From Jimgerdemannia flammicorona (taxonomy: Eukaryota), in the NCBI GenBank assembly GCA_003990765.1, contig RBNJ01000075.1:1-43496 (forward strand): a stretch of DNA of 43,496 nt, read 5' to 3'. The translations under genes were made by a program, and so were the position numbers. Below are positions 23,930 through 36,409 of this stretch, one piece after another. The notes beneath the pieces were generated by a model that did not search any database, was not told the DNA's origin, and saw only the letters and a program-made list of their open reading frames with translations. Numbering within the stretch: position 1 is the first letter of the stretch; every line of letters starts with the position of its first letter.

Positions 23930-25532
23930 ATGGACCCTCTCCCCTCTCCCCTCCCCCCTTCCACCCACCCTGACCCCTCTCACCCTTCCAACCCCACCTT
24001 CATCGCATCCGTTACTGCAAACCCCTTCTTCTCCGCAGGTGCAGGCCTCATCGGCGTCGGCGCCGGTCTCGCTCTCCTCCGCCAGGCCCTGAACATTGGT
24101 ACCACTGCTTTAAGGCGGCGTGTCCTGGTATCCCTCGAGATCCCCAGCAAGGACAAATCCTACCTCTGGTTCTTGCAATGGATGTCGCAACAGCCAGCCC
24201 GGAAAACCCACCAGCTCGCCGTCGAAACCACCTTCAAACAACACGACAATGGCAGCGTGAGCACCACCTTCTCTCTGGTACCAGGACCGGGAAAACATCT
24301 GTTTAGGTGGCGCGGTGCGTGGATACAGGTACCCCTTTTTCTCTGCTGGCCATCTGGCACGTCACACCGCCAGCTCACCTAGGTCTGACAACTACCCAAC
24401 AGGTCCAACGCCAACGTGATGGCAAAATGATGGACCTCACCACAGGAAGCCCTTGGGAAACCATCACGCTCACAACCCTCTCGCGCGACCGCGGCGTCTT
24501 CTCCCAACTCCTGAAAGAGGCGCGCGAGCTCGCACTGGCCAAGCAAGAAGGCAAGACCGTCATGTACACATCGTGGGGTCCTGAATGGCGGCCGTTTGGA
24601 TTGCCCAGGAGACGAAGGATGCTCTCGTCGGTGATTCTGGACAATGGCATCAAAGAACGGATCGTAAAAGATGTGAAGGATTTTATTAATAACGGGAGCT
24701 GGTACAATGAGCGCGGTACGTCGTCATCATCCGAGTCAGAAAAGCCGATTGCCTCCTGTATCCTAAGCTTTTCGTAACCTTTGCAGGAATTCCGTACCGC
24801 CGAGGTTATCTCCTGTATGGCCCGCCTGGCTCTGGAAAGAGCAGCTTCATTCAAGCCTTGGCTGGCGAGTTGGAATACAACATATGCATTCTCAACCTAT
24901 CGGAGCGCGGACTGACCGACGATCGGCTTAATCACTTACTAAGCAATATCCCTGAACGGAGCGTCATGCTTCTCGAGGATATTGATGCCGCGTTTACCAA
25001 GAGGAAGCAAGCAGATCAAACAGGGTAAGTTCCGATGGTTTCCTACTCGATTGAACTGATATAATATTCCCCTGTATTTGATCTGATTGGATTTACCAAT
25101 TCCCTGTGTGCATTTTCCACGGCCCTTCTCAACAAAACCTATGTGGCCGAAAAAAATATAATTCCCAGTTCCCAATCCATGATCACCTTCAGCGGCCTTC
25201 TCAATGCTCTAGATGGCGTGGCCTCCGCTGAAGAGCGCATCGTCTTCATGACGACAAACCACATCGAGCTTCTTGATCCGGCGCTAGTCCGGCCCGGCCG
25301 TGTCGACCTCAAGGAGTACCTTGGCAATGCCACCGAGTCGCAGATTCGACGTATGTTCTTGCGATTCTATGAGGGCCAGGAGGACCTGGCGGAGAGATTC
25401 GTGAATGCTCTGAGAGGTAGAGAGGTTAGCACAGCAGGTTTGCAGGGACATTTTGTATATTATAAGGATAATCCCGAGGAGGCGGTGAGTAAAGTAGAGA
25501 GTGTGGATGAGAGTTGTCAGTTACTACAATAG
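23930..25532 (+). CDS. BCS1: Mitochondrial AAA-ATPase Bcs1 (complex III Rieske protein translocase); exons 23930-24328, 24403-24715, 24787-25024, 25169-25532, ~437 aa
   Basis: [14 protein letters not shown] transmembrane segment, [26 protein letters not shown]. Walker [21 protein letters not shown], Walker [36 protein letters not shown]. The GT-AG introns restore one frame. Confidence 0.97.
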
Positions 25533-25729
25533 AATATTTTATGTTGCTCAGACATTTTCTGCTTTACTGGTTAGGAATTGAAAATCGCATCACAGCTAAT
25601 ATGGCTTAGCAATTATATCTGTAGTTAAGAAAATATAATAAAGTATTACTTAAAGTGGATTAATTATCTAATCTAATTTATATATATTGAAATATTTTTA
25701 TATTAGCAATTAATAGCTTAGAAGAAATC

Positions 25730-25882
25730 TGTAATAATACTTATATCTATTTCAAGTTTATCCTTAAATAACTCAGAATAAGATATTTCTTAGAGATTTG
25801 ACATATCAAGAAGTCTTTCAATTATTTTTTTTCTTTCAGTTGAGAAAGTACAGTTTCTTTATAATAGAATAAATATATTACA
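25730..25882 (+). repeat. Short, more decayed copy of the 5' part of the hairpin-rich repeat, bounded by TGTAATA..TATTACA
   Basis: Similar to 25989-26170. Confidence 0.6.
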
Positions 25883-25988
25883 TCGCGAACGTGCTTTGAC
25901 GACATACCATGAAACGGTGATCATGTGACCTAGCGATGATGTCACGAATGAACGACATACGAATGCAAAGTACGGAAAACAATATGCC

Positions 25989-26530
25989 TGTAATAACACT
26001 TATTTCAACCCCTCTTGTATCCTTGGATAACTTGGGTAATATGTAAGGTATTACTTAGGGACTTGACACATATATGTATCAAGAAGCCTTTCGATTGTTC
26101 ATTCACTTAGTGGTGTTTACTAAGATTGAGAAAGCATAGTTTCTTTGTAGCAGAAAGAACAGTGTTGCCCTTCTTCAGTAACTGCAATTACAAGAGACTT
26201 GCTCTTGCTGTGCATAGACTGAATCTCTTGTGATTCAGGTTCAAAGGGGGGGGATTTTTTTTTATTTTTTTTTTTATCTAGACTCTATGTCTTATAATAA
26301 AGGGGTTTTTTTTTAGATTTATATATCAGTTCTCAGTTCTGGTAAAAGTTAGCTAGACTTCTGAAGTTTAGTCAGAAATACTAGAGTAACTTAGGTGTCA
26401 TTACTAAGGAACTCAGGAGAGTGTATATGGAGGGGAATTTATACTTAACTAAGAGCTAGTTTATTGTAAATATAATTACTAGGATATTTATATATATTAG
26501 CTAAGTAATATTTTATAGTTTTCAGACTAA
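25989..26530 (+). repeat. Least decayed copy of the unclassified hairpin-rich repeat
   Basis: Reverse-complement match to the rejoined 9320-10015 and 15907-16057 pieces, with several stem-loops. Confidence 0.8.
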
Positions 26531-27069
26531 ATATATATAACTAATTTGATATATGACTGCTTTAGTTGTTTATTTACAAAATAAATGACCTTTATATTTA
26601 GAATAATTACTTTGGATTTATAATCAATATAAATACTTTAAATAATATATATATATATTAGTTAAGTAATATAGATACTATATATAGCTCTAACTATAGC
26701 TCTAGTGTTTAGAAGTTTCTGTATATTATTTTCAATACTTTACTCATCTTATTCATATATATATTATATATTTATATATTACTTATTTGTAATATTATTG
26801 CTAGATCATATAATTACTATTTATAGTATATTATTATAATATAATTTTTATTTTATTTTTTTTTATTTTTATTTTTACAAATATTATTATACTTTATTAT
26901 TTATAGTTTCATATATAGTAGAAAGTCTTTACACTATATTGATAGTAAACTAAATTATATAAAGAAAATACAGACTAAGAGCTTAAGACTAGATCTTTAG
27001 TCAATACTTTCTTTCTATCTTACTCTCTAATTACTCAATACTACCTGGTCCTAACTTCTCAGTATAATT

Positions 27070-27575
27070 TCCTACACCTTCTTCAGAGCACTCAATTGAT
27101 TTCATTTCCTTAGATACTACTACTCTTATATTACTTCTCTGAACAACTACTACTATTTATTTATTAATTTCTCAATTCTCATCTATTGTCTTCTATTAAA
27201 GATCCAATATTAATAAGTAGCTATCAGAATCTAAACTCCAAGAATTTGTCTTACTCAACTTCATAAATTACTAATCTCTCTACTAACCTCCTTCTGATCA
27301 CTATCTCTATAACATTATTCAATCTTCTATCTTCAGAGCTCAAATATCTCTCTAGACTCTTCCAATAATCTTTTATATCTGAGCAGATCACTAAAATATA
27401 CTCTGATATCTATATTACTAACTCTTAAAGTTCTATATACTATTCATAATTATAATAGTCATTAGCTACTTTTTAGTTTATTCTATAACTCAGTATCATA
27501 TTTCTTCTTAGAAACTACTACTATACTATCTAGTACTTAAAAGATACTATTTTATATAAAATATCAGCTTAGTTT
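27070..27575 (-). repeat. Second copy of the decayed RT-like repeat
   Basis: Similar to 8810-9310. Confidence 0.4.
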
Positions 27576-27578
27576 TAT

Positions 27579-27990
27579 TGTAAGCACATATACTAAAATC
27601 ATACATCACCCTTAGAACAAATTTGGAAATCATCACAGATCACTAAATCTAAATCGAGAAGTCACCTAATGCTTAGTCAGAAACAAGTCACAAGAACTGT
27701 AGTAATAACTACAGTAATAACTATAGCAATAACTATAGTAATAGCTATAACAGCTACAGTAGCCATACTTATAAATAGAATATTATGTAGTATGACTGTA
27801 TTCTAACTCAGTATAACTAATATATCAATAACTATTTAGTTTAGTATTAAATAGTATCAAAATATATAAATACTTTCTTTTTTTTGAACTGTAAGATAGC
27901 ACTTCTTTTACTGAGATCAAAATCCTAGAATAAAGTTAGTTATTGGATTCCTTAATCTACTTCCAGGATTCCATCATGTTGGTATAGAGC
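27579..27990 (+). repeat. LTR related to the element-B LTR but lacking the U3 ORF; 3' boundary uncertain
   Basis: TGTAAGCACA..CATCACCCTTAGAACAAATTTGGAAATCA matches the start of the B LTR. TATGACTGTATTCTAACTCAG at ~27791 matches ~7990. TATATAAATA at ~27864. Confidence 0.6.
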
Positions 27991-30050
27991 TGTAATAGTT
28001 CTAGTTTCTTTAAGAGGGAGTGGCTAAATCTGGAAGTTCCAGTTGGCCTAAAGTAGCTTAAAGAGATACTTAAAGGTTCAAGTATTCTTAAAGGATTTCT
28101 GAGAGAAAATATTCTGAGCTTTATTCAGATAGAGAACAAGGATATTTATATATGATCTAAAAGAAAGATCTGGAAGAATTTTGGAAAGAAAGAGAAATGC
28201 CAAGAAATAGATTCTTGGTAAAGCTAACTAATACTATTCTATAATGTTTCAAAAGGTTCTATGACTAGCTAAAATAAGATGCTTAGTGCCAAGAAAAGAT
28301 AAGAATGTTCTAGTAGTGTCTGGATACTGAGAGAAGGTTTCTAAGTAAGTAGAAGGTGATGGAACATAGTAGAATGTTTAAGAAAAGATAAGAAAAGACT
28401 AACTAAAAGATGCAAAAATATACTAAGACTAAATATGATTGTGAAATTGTTACATCTCTCCCTCCTTAAGAATCAACATCCTCATTGAGTTCTTAGATAA
28501 TACAAGACTAGATATACTTAACCAAAATTTCTCAAACTTGAATCAGTACATTGGTGGAGATTGGCCATCCTTATATAGAGCAGAGGGCTTATTACTAAAC
28601 TAACCAACTGGAAGGAGTTTAAATCTAGCTAGTAGCTTCATTTTGGTGAACTTCTTGTTCATTAAATATTTTGCTAGTTCTGGGGTCCTAAAGTAAACTT
28701 CTGATGTATAAAGTACTGGTCATTACCATAGATGGTTGATAATCCAAGAAAGTCACTATAGGGATTGGACAATATATTTTGCCTTAAAGTCTTGAACTAG
28801 ATCTTGAGAGTTCTTAAGGTTGACCAGTGGTTCCCAGATAGCATCATATTTAGGATAACCCATTCACTTGAGTAGGTATTCAGGACAGTGGTAGTATATT
28901 TATTTGTCAAGGATTTTCTCAGCTTTGTACTCAATATGATCTTCAATAATTACAGGGGTGGAAGGCTTAGGAATTCGACCAGGGTAGAGTGGTGACTGGT
29001 TCCAGATCTTAAGGTATGATATATAAAAGACTGGGTGCACTCTCATGGTTTCAGGTAGCTTGAGGTGATAGGAGGATGTAGAGATCTGTTCAGTGATCTC
29101 AAAAGATTCAATATACTTGGGTTGAAACTTGTTTAAAAGACAGTTGACTTGAGATTATATCTTGAGGTTCTTAGTAGACAGTAGGACTTGATCTCCGACA
29201 GTATAGGTGATATCACAGTATTTCTTGTCAGCATACTTGACTTGATGCTGTTGAGCTTTCTGAAGATTCATAGTAGCAATCTTGAGTAGTTCATCCATTT
29301 TGTCTGTAAGGTTCTTGGTAGTTGAGACTTATATTTGACTGGTTTTCTTAAAAGAGAATAGACTTGTAGGGGTCTTGGGATCTTGACCATAGAGTAACCA
29401 GAAAGAGAAAAGACCAATAGATGATTAGATGGCATTATTGTATATAAACTCCATATAAGTCAAGTAGATATTCTAATTATCTTACTTATAAGAAATATAG
29501 TTTCTAAGCATTTGTTCTAGAGTTCTGTTCATGTACTCAGTTTGTCCATTGGTTTGTGGGTGAAAGGTAGTAGATATAGCCAATTGGGTTCCCAGAGTCT
29601 TGAAGAGAGTTTGCCAGAAGTGACTGGTGAACTTAGGGTCATGATTACTAACAATTACTCATAGTAGACCATAGTGATGGAAGATAGACTTAAAGAAGAT
29701 TCTTGCAATCTTGGGTGCAGTAGCATTAGTAGTGATTAGTTCGGCAACCATAGTCTTAGTCAGGCAGTTAATGAATACAATGATAGTATCAGCACCAGAT
29801 TGAGTTTGTGGTAGTTGAGTTACAAAGTCCATGGTGACTTGCTTGAATTTTTTGGTAAGAATTGGCAGTAGTTGTAGCAAACTGGCAGGCACTTGGTTGG
29901 TAGACTTATTATACTGATATAGATTATAGCTGGCAATATAGTTCTTGATTTTCTTGACCATGTTTGGCCAATAGTAGTGATATTGGATGTTCTTGACAGT
30001 CTTCTCAATTCCCAGGTGACCGATAAGAGGGGAGTTATGGTGTTTTTGCA
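27991..30050 (-). mobile_element. Chromoviral Ty3/Gypsy 3' remnant (element C): integrase, chromodomain, PPT and 3' LTR (28454-27991)
   Basis: HHNSPLIGHLGIEKT..YYWPNM..VTMDFVTQLP (ORF 29659-30051). Chromodomain EYKAEKILDK..EYLLK*MGYPKYDAIWEP. PPT AAGGAGGGAGAGA, then LTR TGTAAC..ATTACA. Confidence 0.9.
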
Positions 30051-33000
30051 AAACTGGCTTAGGATGAGTCTGAGTGAGCAGGGCAGCTCAGATAGTGGAA
30101 GTGGCACTGGTGGAGGGGTCAGAGGGCAGAAGTAGAGGAGCTTCACAGATGTGCTGTATGCTGGAGGTTGGCTGGTGGGAACTTGGGGTGGGCAGACAGG
30201 AGAGAAGGGGAAGTAGAAGATTAGAGAAGCTGGAGGCACTGGACCTCAGCTGGTGAGAGGCAGGGCTAGTGGAGTAGCTATTGAGAGTAGTGGCAGAACT
30301 GCTGATGGTGATGTGACTGGAAATCTGGAAAAAAATCCAGATGTGAATGTTGATGGTGGAGCTGGACAGATGGGCCCAAAGCAGAAGGGGGACCTGGCTG
30401 ATGGTATAATAGGACTGGCAGTAGCACTATTACTCAAGAAGTTGATTTCAGAGTTTGCAGTAACCTTGTGTTTCAGGGACTTAGTAGTGATGGCAAGAAT
30501 GGTTCTGGGGCTTACATTGGAGCAGGTAGCTAGAGCAGCCTCAGTGAAGTTTTTGAAGGAGTTAGAGGGGGTGGAGGTGGGCTTTAAGGAGGTGGGCCCA
30601 TTGGATGCAACTCTGGAGGCTGGAGTAGTCATAGAGGAAGTGGTGGTTCCTATGGTACAGTACTTAAGGAGGGACCCCAGGGTGGTGCAGTTACTGGTGA
30701 AGGAGATACCTACAGTGATGAAGGATGAGACCAGGAGGAGGGTGGAGGAGGTGATAGCAGAGTATGGTGATGTGATTGATATTGGTTTCCAGATGTAGAA
30801 GGGGACCATCTTCAGGATGGGTAATGTAGATGTCAGGATTAGACTGGCTGAGAGAGAGGCCATAGGGAAGATGAGTGACTGGCCTTCAGTATTGATGTGG
30901 GGGGTTATTGTCTGCAAGATGTTGAGGGTGAAAGAGAGTGAAGAGGGGGAGGAGGACTTATTAGAGACTCTAGAGGAGCTGAGTGGTACTGTTAAGTGGA
31001 AGGCAAAGGCCTGGAAGTTGTTTGTAGAGTCAACACATCTGGAGATTGTTGAGAGAAAGTATATTCATACTGACAAGAGGTAGTGGGAGAGGGCTCAAGG
31101 GTGCCAGAGGCAGCAAGAGCTGCTGGCAAGTATAGAAGAGGAGGCAAAGATGAAGGCTGGGGGCACTGAGAAGACTGAGGATATAGAGATGAGTGTCTGG
31201 GCTAATAAGGAAGGAGGAGATATAGCAGAGAGTCTGGAGGGGGCTGGGAAGACGCCATGTATAGACTCATTTGCTAATGGCATATTGGAAGTCTGGGATC
31301 TAATCTTAGACAATACTCCCCCTCTGATCAGGTAGAGTCTGGCTACAAGGAGTAGGGTGGCAGAGGATGTGTTGATGAAGGGCACTCAGTAGGTATACTT
31401 TGGGGTTCCTGATGTGATGAAAGGCAGACAGGTGGTAGCAGTTGGTGAGGATGAACTGGTGGATGTCCCTGAGGAGAGATGGGATGAGACAGTCAGTATA
31501 GGGGCAGACACCACAATGCTAGATACAGGAAGGCCAGGGATGCCAAGAGGGAAGGAGGTGGGAAATCTGCTGTAGATGAGCAAGATGATGGATAACTTTA
31601 CAGCTGAGGAGTTGGGGGAAGTGGACTTGTGTATGATGCCTGAGGAGTATTGAGCACAGATTCTGTGTGGAAATGGGGTGGTGGGGGTGCTGAAGGCAGA
31701 GATACTTACAATTCTCCTAGAGAAGGAGGAATATGAGGTAGATAAGGAGAGGGAGGCTGAGCTGGCAGTTGTTGCTGGTGAGCATGCAACTTACTGTTGA
31801 ACAGAGTGTCATAGTTTGTAACTCTGGCAGGAGGCATGCCTGGAGTATCATGAGGACTTCGAGGAAAAAGAGAATGGGGCAATGGCTGAACTTCTGGTTG
31901 GGTTGGAGGTATAGGTAGTAGAAGGAAGGAACTGGCTGTGGAACATAACTTGGATTTGACACAGAAGGAGTTGAATGTAGATTTATAGAGGATGAGACTG
32001 ATATTCAACATTATTCCTTATGAACAGTACAACTAACATTTTCTCTCTAAATATGAATGGGTTAAGGGGTTCTGAGTGGCATAAGAATATTTTTACTTAG
32101 CTTAAGGGATTGGAGGCTGATCTCTTTTTACAGTAGGATATACAGTGTGAGAATGAGAAAGATCAGGTGAAATAGACTAGAGAATGGGGAGGAGCTACTG
32201 CTTGGATTAGCAAAGTGGCAATTCTGGTGAGGAAGGGTAGAGGAGACTTGGGCAGAATTAAGAGCTGGGGTGACCATTTGGTCTGAAGAGAATAGCATCA
32301 ACCTGGGTGGGAATCAGTGAGGGTTGGCTCTTGCTACTACCCTATATTAGGGGTGAGTGGATTGAGTAGATTAGGGATCTGTTAGAGGAGAGTGTTCTCT
32401 TATAAGAAGGTGTCAATGTTCTGGGAGATGACTTTAATATGGTGTGATATCCATGGCTAGATAGAACTAATGGAGAGAGGAGTACAGGTAGGAGGAGTAG
32501 TGGTCTGGATAAGTGAGAGGAGGTGGAGAATCTTAGCTCTTTAAGGAATATGGGTAGAATGTGGTGGGGTGACAGGAGGGTCTATACACACTGAGTGAAT
32601 GGAGGATTGACTGGATTCTGATGGCCAAATATTGGGGTGCTGATGTTTGGAGGACTCTGGAGGTGGAGTGGTACTCTTGGTCTGATCACTGGGGGCTATT
32701 GGAGCAGGGGCAGTTTGGGGAGAGTGGAGATAGACCTGGACATTGGTGTCTTAACTCCTCTCTGCTGACTGAGAAGGGGTTGTGGGACTCATAGGTAGAG
32801 GACATTCAAGTGAAGATCACTAACTGGATACATGAGGGTTCCTCTGTAGGTGTCTATTGAATGAGATTGAAGAAGGCTATAAGGGTTTATTGAAGAGAAG
32901 CTGGTAGGGAGGATGGAAGGCAGAGAAGGAAGTGAGTACAGTGTGCTTCTAATAGGCTAATTAGATTGCAGATAGAATGGGCTGATTTGCTTTCTTCTGA

Positions 33001-35789
33001 AGAGGTAGAGGATTGGAGGTTGGAGTGGGTGAAATTGGAGGTGGTGGAGCTGCAACAAATCTTGAGAGAGGAGGAGGAGATTCATATGAAAGGAATGGCT
33101 GCCAAACTATGGTGGCAGGGGCTTGAGGAGGGAGAGAGGCCCACTAGGTACTTGTCTAGGCTCCTCCAAGCTAAGAGGGTGAGATATTGATGAGATAGGG
33201 TCTTTGGTACCAAGGGAGATATGGTGCATGGCATGTAACAGATCTTGGGGGTTCTGAAGGAGAGATGGAGGGATCTGTGGAGTGAGGAGGAAGGGGGTAC
33301 AGATGAAGAGGCAATTGAAGACACACTGGAGGAGTGGGAACTACCGCAAGTAAAGGGTCTTAGTGACTTGATCATACCAGTCCAAGAGGAGGAGATCCAG
33401 AGAGTCCTTGTAGCAACTAAGCTTGGAATAGTGCCAGGAGAGGATGAGTTACCTTGGGACTTCTGGAAGAAGATGGCAAAGGTCCCTGGAGTGTTGGGAG
33501 AGATGGCTGCCCTCTGTGACCATGTTCTTCTGAATGGCGAGTGGGTTGGAGAGCAGGACTTAGAGCTGGTGGCCTTATTGTATAAAGACAAGGGGAGGCA
33601 GAAGGACTGGAAGAACTGGAGGCCAATCATACTTCTGGATATGGATAGGAAGATGGTGACTAAGGTGATTGTTGCGAGGCTACAGAAGGTTGTTCAACAG
33701 ATACTGGGTGAGAAGCAGTGGGGCTTTGTAGGAGGTAGGCTTATCAGAAATGGGACTGTCTGGGTACACAGCATCATTAAAGGGGCCTGGGCATGTGGAC
33801 TGGATGGTAGACTGATTTTTTTGGACCAGGAGAAGACCTATAACTATGTTCAGTAGATATGGCTGGGTAAGGTGCTGGATAGAATTGGTGTTCTCCCACA
33901 ATTTTGGGCTTTTATATTGAATCTGTTGGAGGGCAGTAGGGCAGTGCTGATATGTAATGATCACCAGAGTTTGGCATTTCCCTTAAGAAGAGAAGTTCCT
34001 CAGGGGGACCCACTGTCTCTTATCCTTTATACTCTTTCATTGGAACCTTTGATGGATAGGATATGACAGAAGGTGACAGAGCTCTCTATATATAGTATAG
34101 TGTGAAAGGTGGGGGTCTTTGCAGATGATATAGTAGTTGGACTTAGATCAGTGGCAGATGTTGAGGTACTTCAGGAGATAGTGGAATGGTATGAGGCACA
34201 CTCTGGGGTGAAACTCAACTGATATAAGTGTGAGACAATGGTGTTGGGGAATGGACTAGTGGGAGGGGATGTCATTGAAACAATTATCTCTACAGGAGAA
34301 GTAGTGCAGTATCTGGGCACCTTCCTTTCTGTATATAGATCTGTTTTGCTACAAGTGTGGTGAGAGAGGAGGGTAGCTATTTGGGAAGAGGCTCTTAGAG
34401 GTTGGGGGGGTCACCATATCTCTCTGATAGAGCGGATGTTGATTCTGAATGTTTACTGGTTTCCCAAGCTATGGTACATAGCCTATCACTTAGACTTCCC
34501 AGCTTGAGTGGTGAAGAGGCTGACAAAATTGGCTAGAGATTGGATTTGGGTAGAGAGGAGGTCCCAGATCAGTTGGGATACTCTTGTAATGCCAGTGGTT
34601 AGGAGAGAATTAGGTCTTGTGGATTTCCCTAAGTGGCTGTACTGCCTGCAAGCTTGGTGGTTGAAAAGAGCTGTTGAACTGCAGAGAGGAGATTGGGTGC
34701 CACTGATGCAGAAGGTGTAGGAGATGAGATTCTCTCCTTGGGGGTCCTTAGGAGATTTGCTCTCTCTGGTGGGTCTGAATGAAAGCTAACAGCTACAGTA
34801 TAAGAGCTTCTGGTAGGGAGTGGTAGATGGAGTGTACTGGATAGGCCTGTGCTGGCAAGGCAATAAAGGGGAGATGCTGTGGGGTCTAGCTAGCTATGTG
34901 GTGATGGAACAGACTACTTCTGGGGAATATTCTGCTTGCTGAGTTCGATATTGGTGATAGAGTGGAGTGTCAGCAGGGACTTGGCCAGAATCTTTAGACA
35001 AGAAGTTGGCAGACAGTGGGGATTGGTGAGGAGTGGGACTGAGCAGGAGTCTGGTCATAGGGTGCTGAGGTGTGGAGGTAGCTTCCTCTCAAGTTCTGAG
35101 TGGTATGGTGGCAGTTACTACAGAGGAATATCATGTTGAATTTCTATGCTGAGCATCTGGTGGATAGTGACCAATTAGATTGTGAGGAGTGTTATAATAT
35201 AGGGCAAGTTGGGGGATTTGTGCAAACACCAGAACATTGGCTGGGAGAGTGTAAGATTCTGGGGGATTTTTGGATAGCAGTAGGAGACCAGCTGAGTGTG
35301 GAGAGGAGGCTGGATGGAGAGAGAGGTCACTGGGAGGATTTGAAATCTCAACTAGTAGGAGGTGTTAGCAATAGTTAACTTACTGTAGAGTGGGTTTTAG
35401 CAGTATGGATAGGGTTGGCTGGACATTGGCTCTTTGTTTTCGAGGAAAAGCGACAAATGGATATATAGGAGAAGTTGTTAAGATGGGAGGAGTTGTTGGG
35501 GAATCCGCTGACTGGGTGGTGGATTGGTTGGGGTCCCCAGAGTGGGTGACATCACTATCTGGTAAAAGAGATCTGTGAACAAAGTGGTGGGAGGGTGGAG
35601 ATGGTGTTTGACAAAGTGGTCTTTTATTAGGAGAGAGTAGGGGGAGAGGCCCCTAGGGGGATCAGATAGGGGTGGGCACAATGTATTATATAGAGGATAG
35701 ACAGATATATTAATAAAGGAAGGAGTCTAAGTGACTATAAAAAATAAAAAAATAAAAAAAAAAAAAAAAAAAAAATAAAAAAAAAAAAG
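30051..35789 (+). mobile_element. Slightly 5'-truncated L1-clade LINE (ORF1 to ~31990; ORF2 from ATG 32020) with poly(A) tail, inactivated
   Basis: MNSTTNIFSLNMNGL (APE), NWRPIILLDMDRK, DQEKTYNYV, PQGDPLS, FADD, CEEC..TPEHWLGEC. A-rich tail at ~35739-35789. Confidence 0.92.
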
Positions 35790-36390
35790 AGTGTCCTAAC
35801 TAATCTGGGACTGCCTTCCTGCCCAAATCCAATCTCTAGCCAGTTTCATCAGTCTCTTCACCACTCTAGCCAGAAAATCCAAGTGATAAGCAATATACTA
35901 TAGCTTGAGGAACTAGTAGACATTCAGAATTGAGACCCAGCCTACCAAGGAGATGTGGCAATCTCTCCAGCCTCTCTGAGCTTCCCTCCAGATGGCCACT
36001 CTCCTCTCCCACCACACTTATGATAAGACAGAACCATATATGGAAAGGAAGATGTCCAAATACCATACTGCCTCTCCAGTAGAGATAATTGTTCCAATGA
36101 CATCTTCTCTCACTAATCTATTCCCCAGCACTATTGTCTCACACTTATACCAGTTGAGCTTTGCTTCAGAGTGTACCTCATACCATTCCACCATCTCCTT
36201 AAGTACCTCAACATCTGCTACTGATCCCAGTCCAACCACCATGTCATCTGTAAAGGCCCCCACCTTCCACACTATACTGTAGATAAAGAGTCCTGCCACC
36301 TTTCATCAAATCCTATCCATTAAAAGTTCTAATGAAAGGGCATAAAGAATAAGAGACAGTAGATCCCCCTGAGGAATGGCTCTCCCCAGG
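35790..36390 (-). mobile_element. Internal RT fragment of the same LINE family in the opposite orientation
   Basis: PQGDLLS..WKVGAFTDDMVVGLGSV (ORF 36018-36299), colinear with ~11190-11790. Confidence 0.85.
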
Positions 36391-36409
36391 AAGACTTTTA
36401 ACTTCCTCA

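Noticed and set aside
26085-26110. Minus-strand TGAATGA..CGAAAG resembling a hammerhead ribozyme core
   Set aside because: Lacks CUGANGA and a stem II.
9320-26530. Composite transposon carrying GEA2 and BCS1
   Set aside because: No outer TSD or transposase could be found, and both are ordinary housekeeping genes. Kept only as a positional observation.
27698-27765. 12-bp tandem array that might resemble CRISPR
   Set aside because: No unique spacers and a eukaryotic LTR context; it is a simple minisatellite.
27980-27990. TGGTATAGAGC resembling a tRNA-iMet primer-binding site
   Set aside because: Imperfect, not directly after a CA terminus, and cut by element C; cannot be supported.
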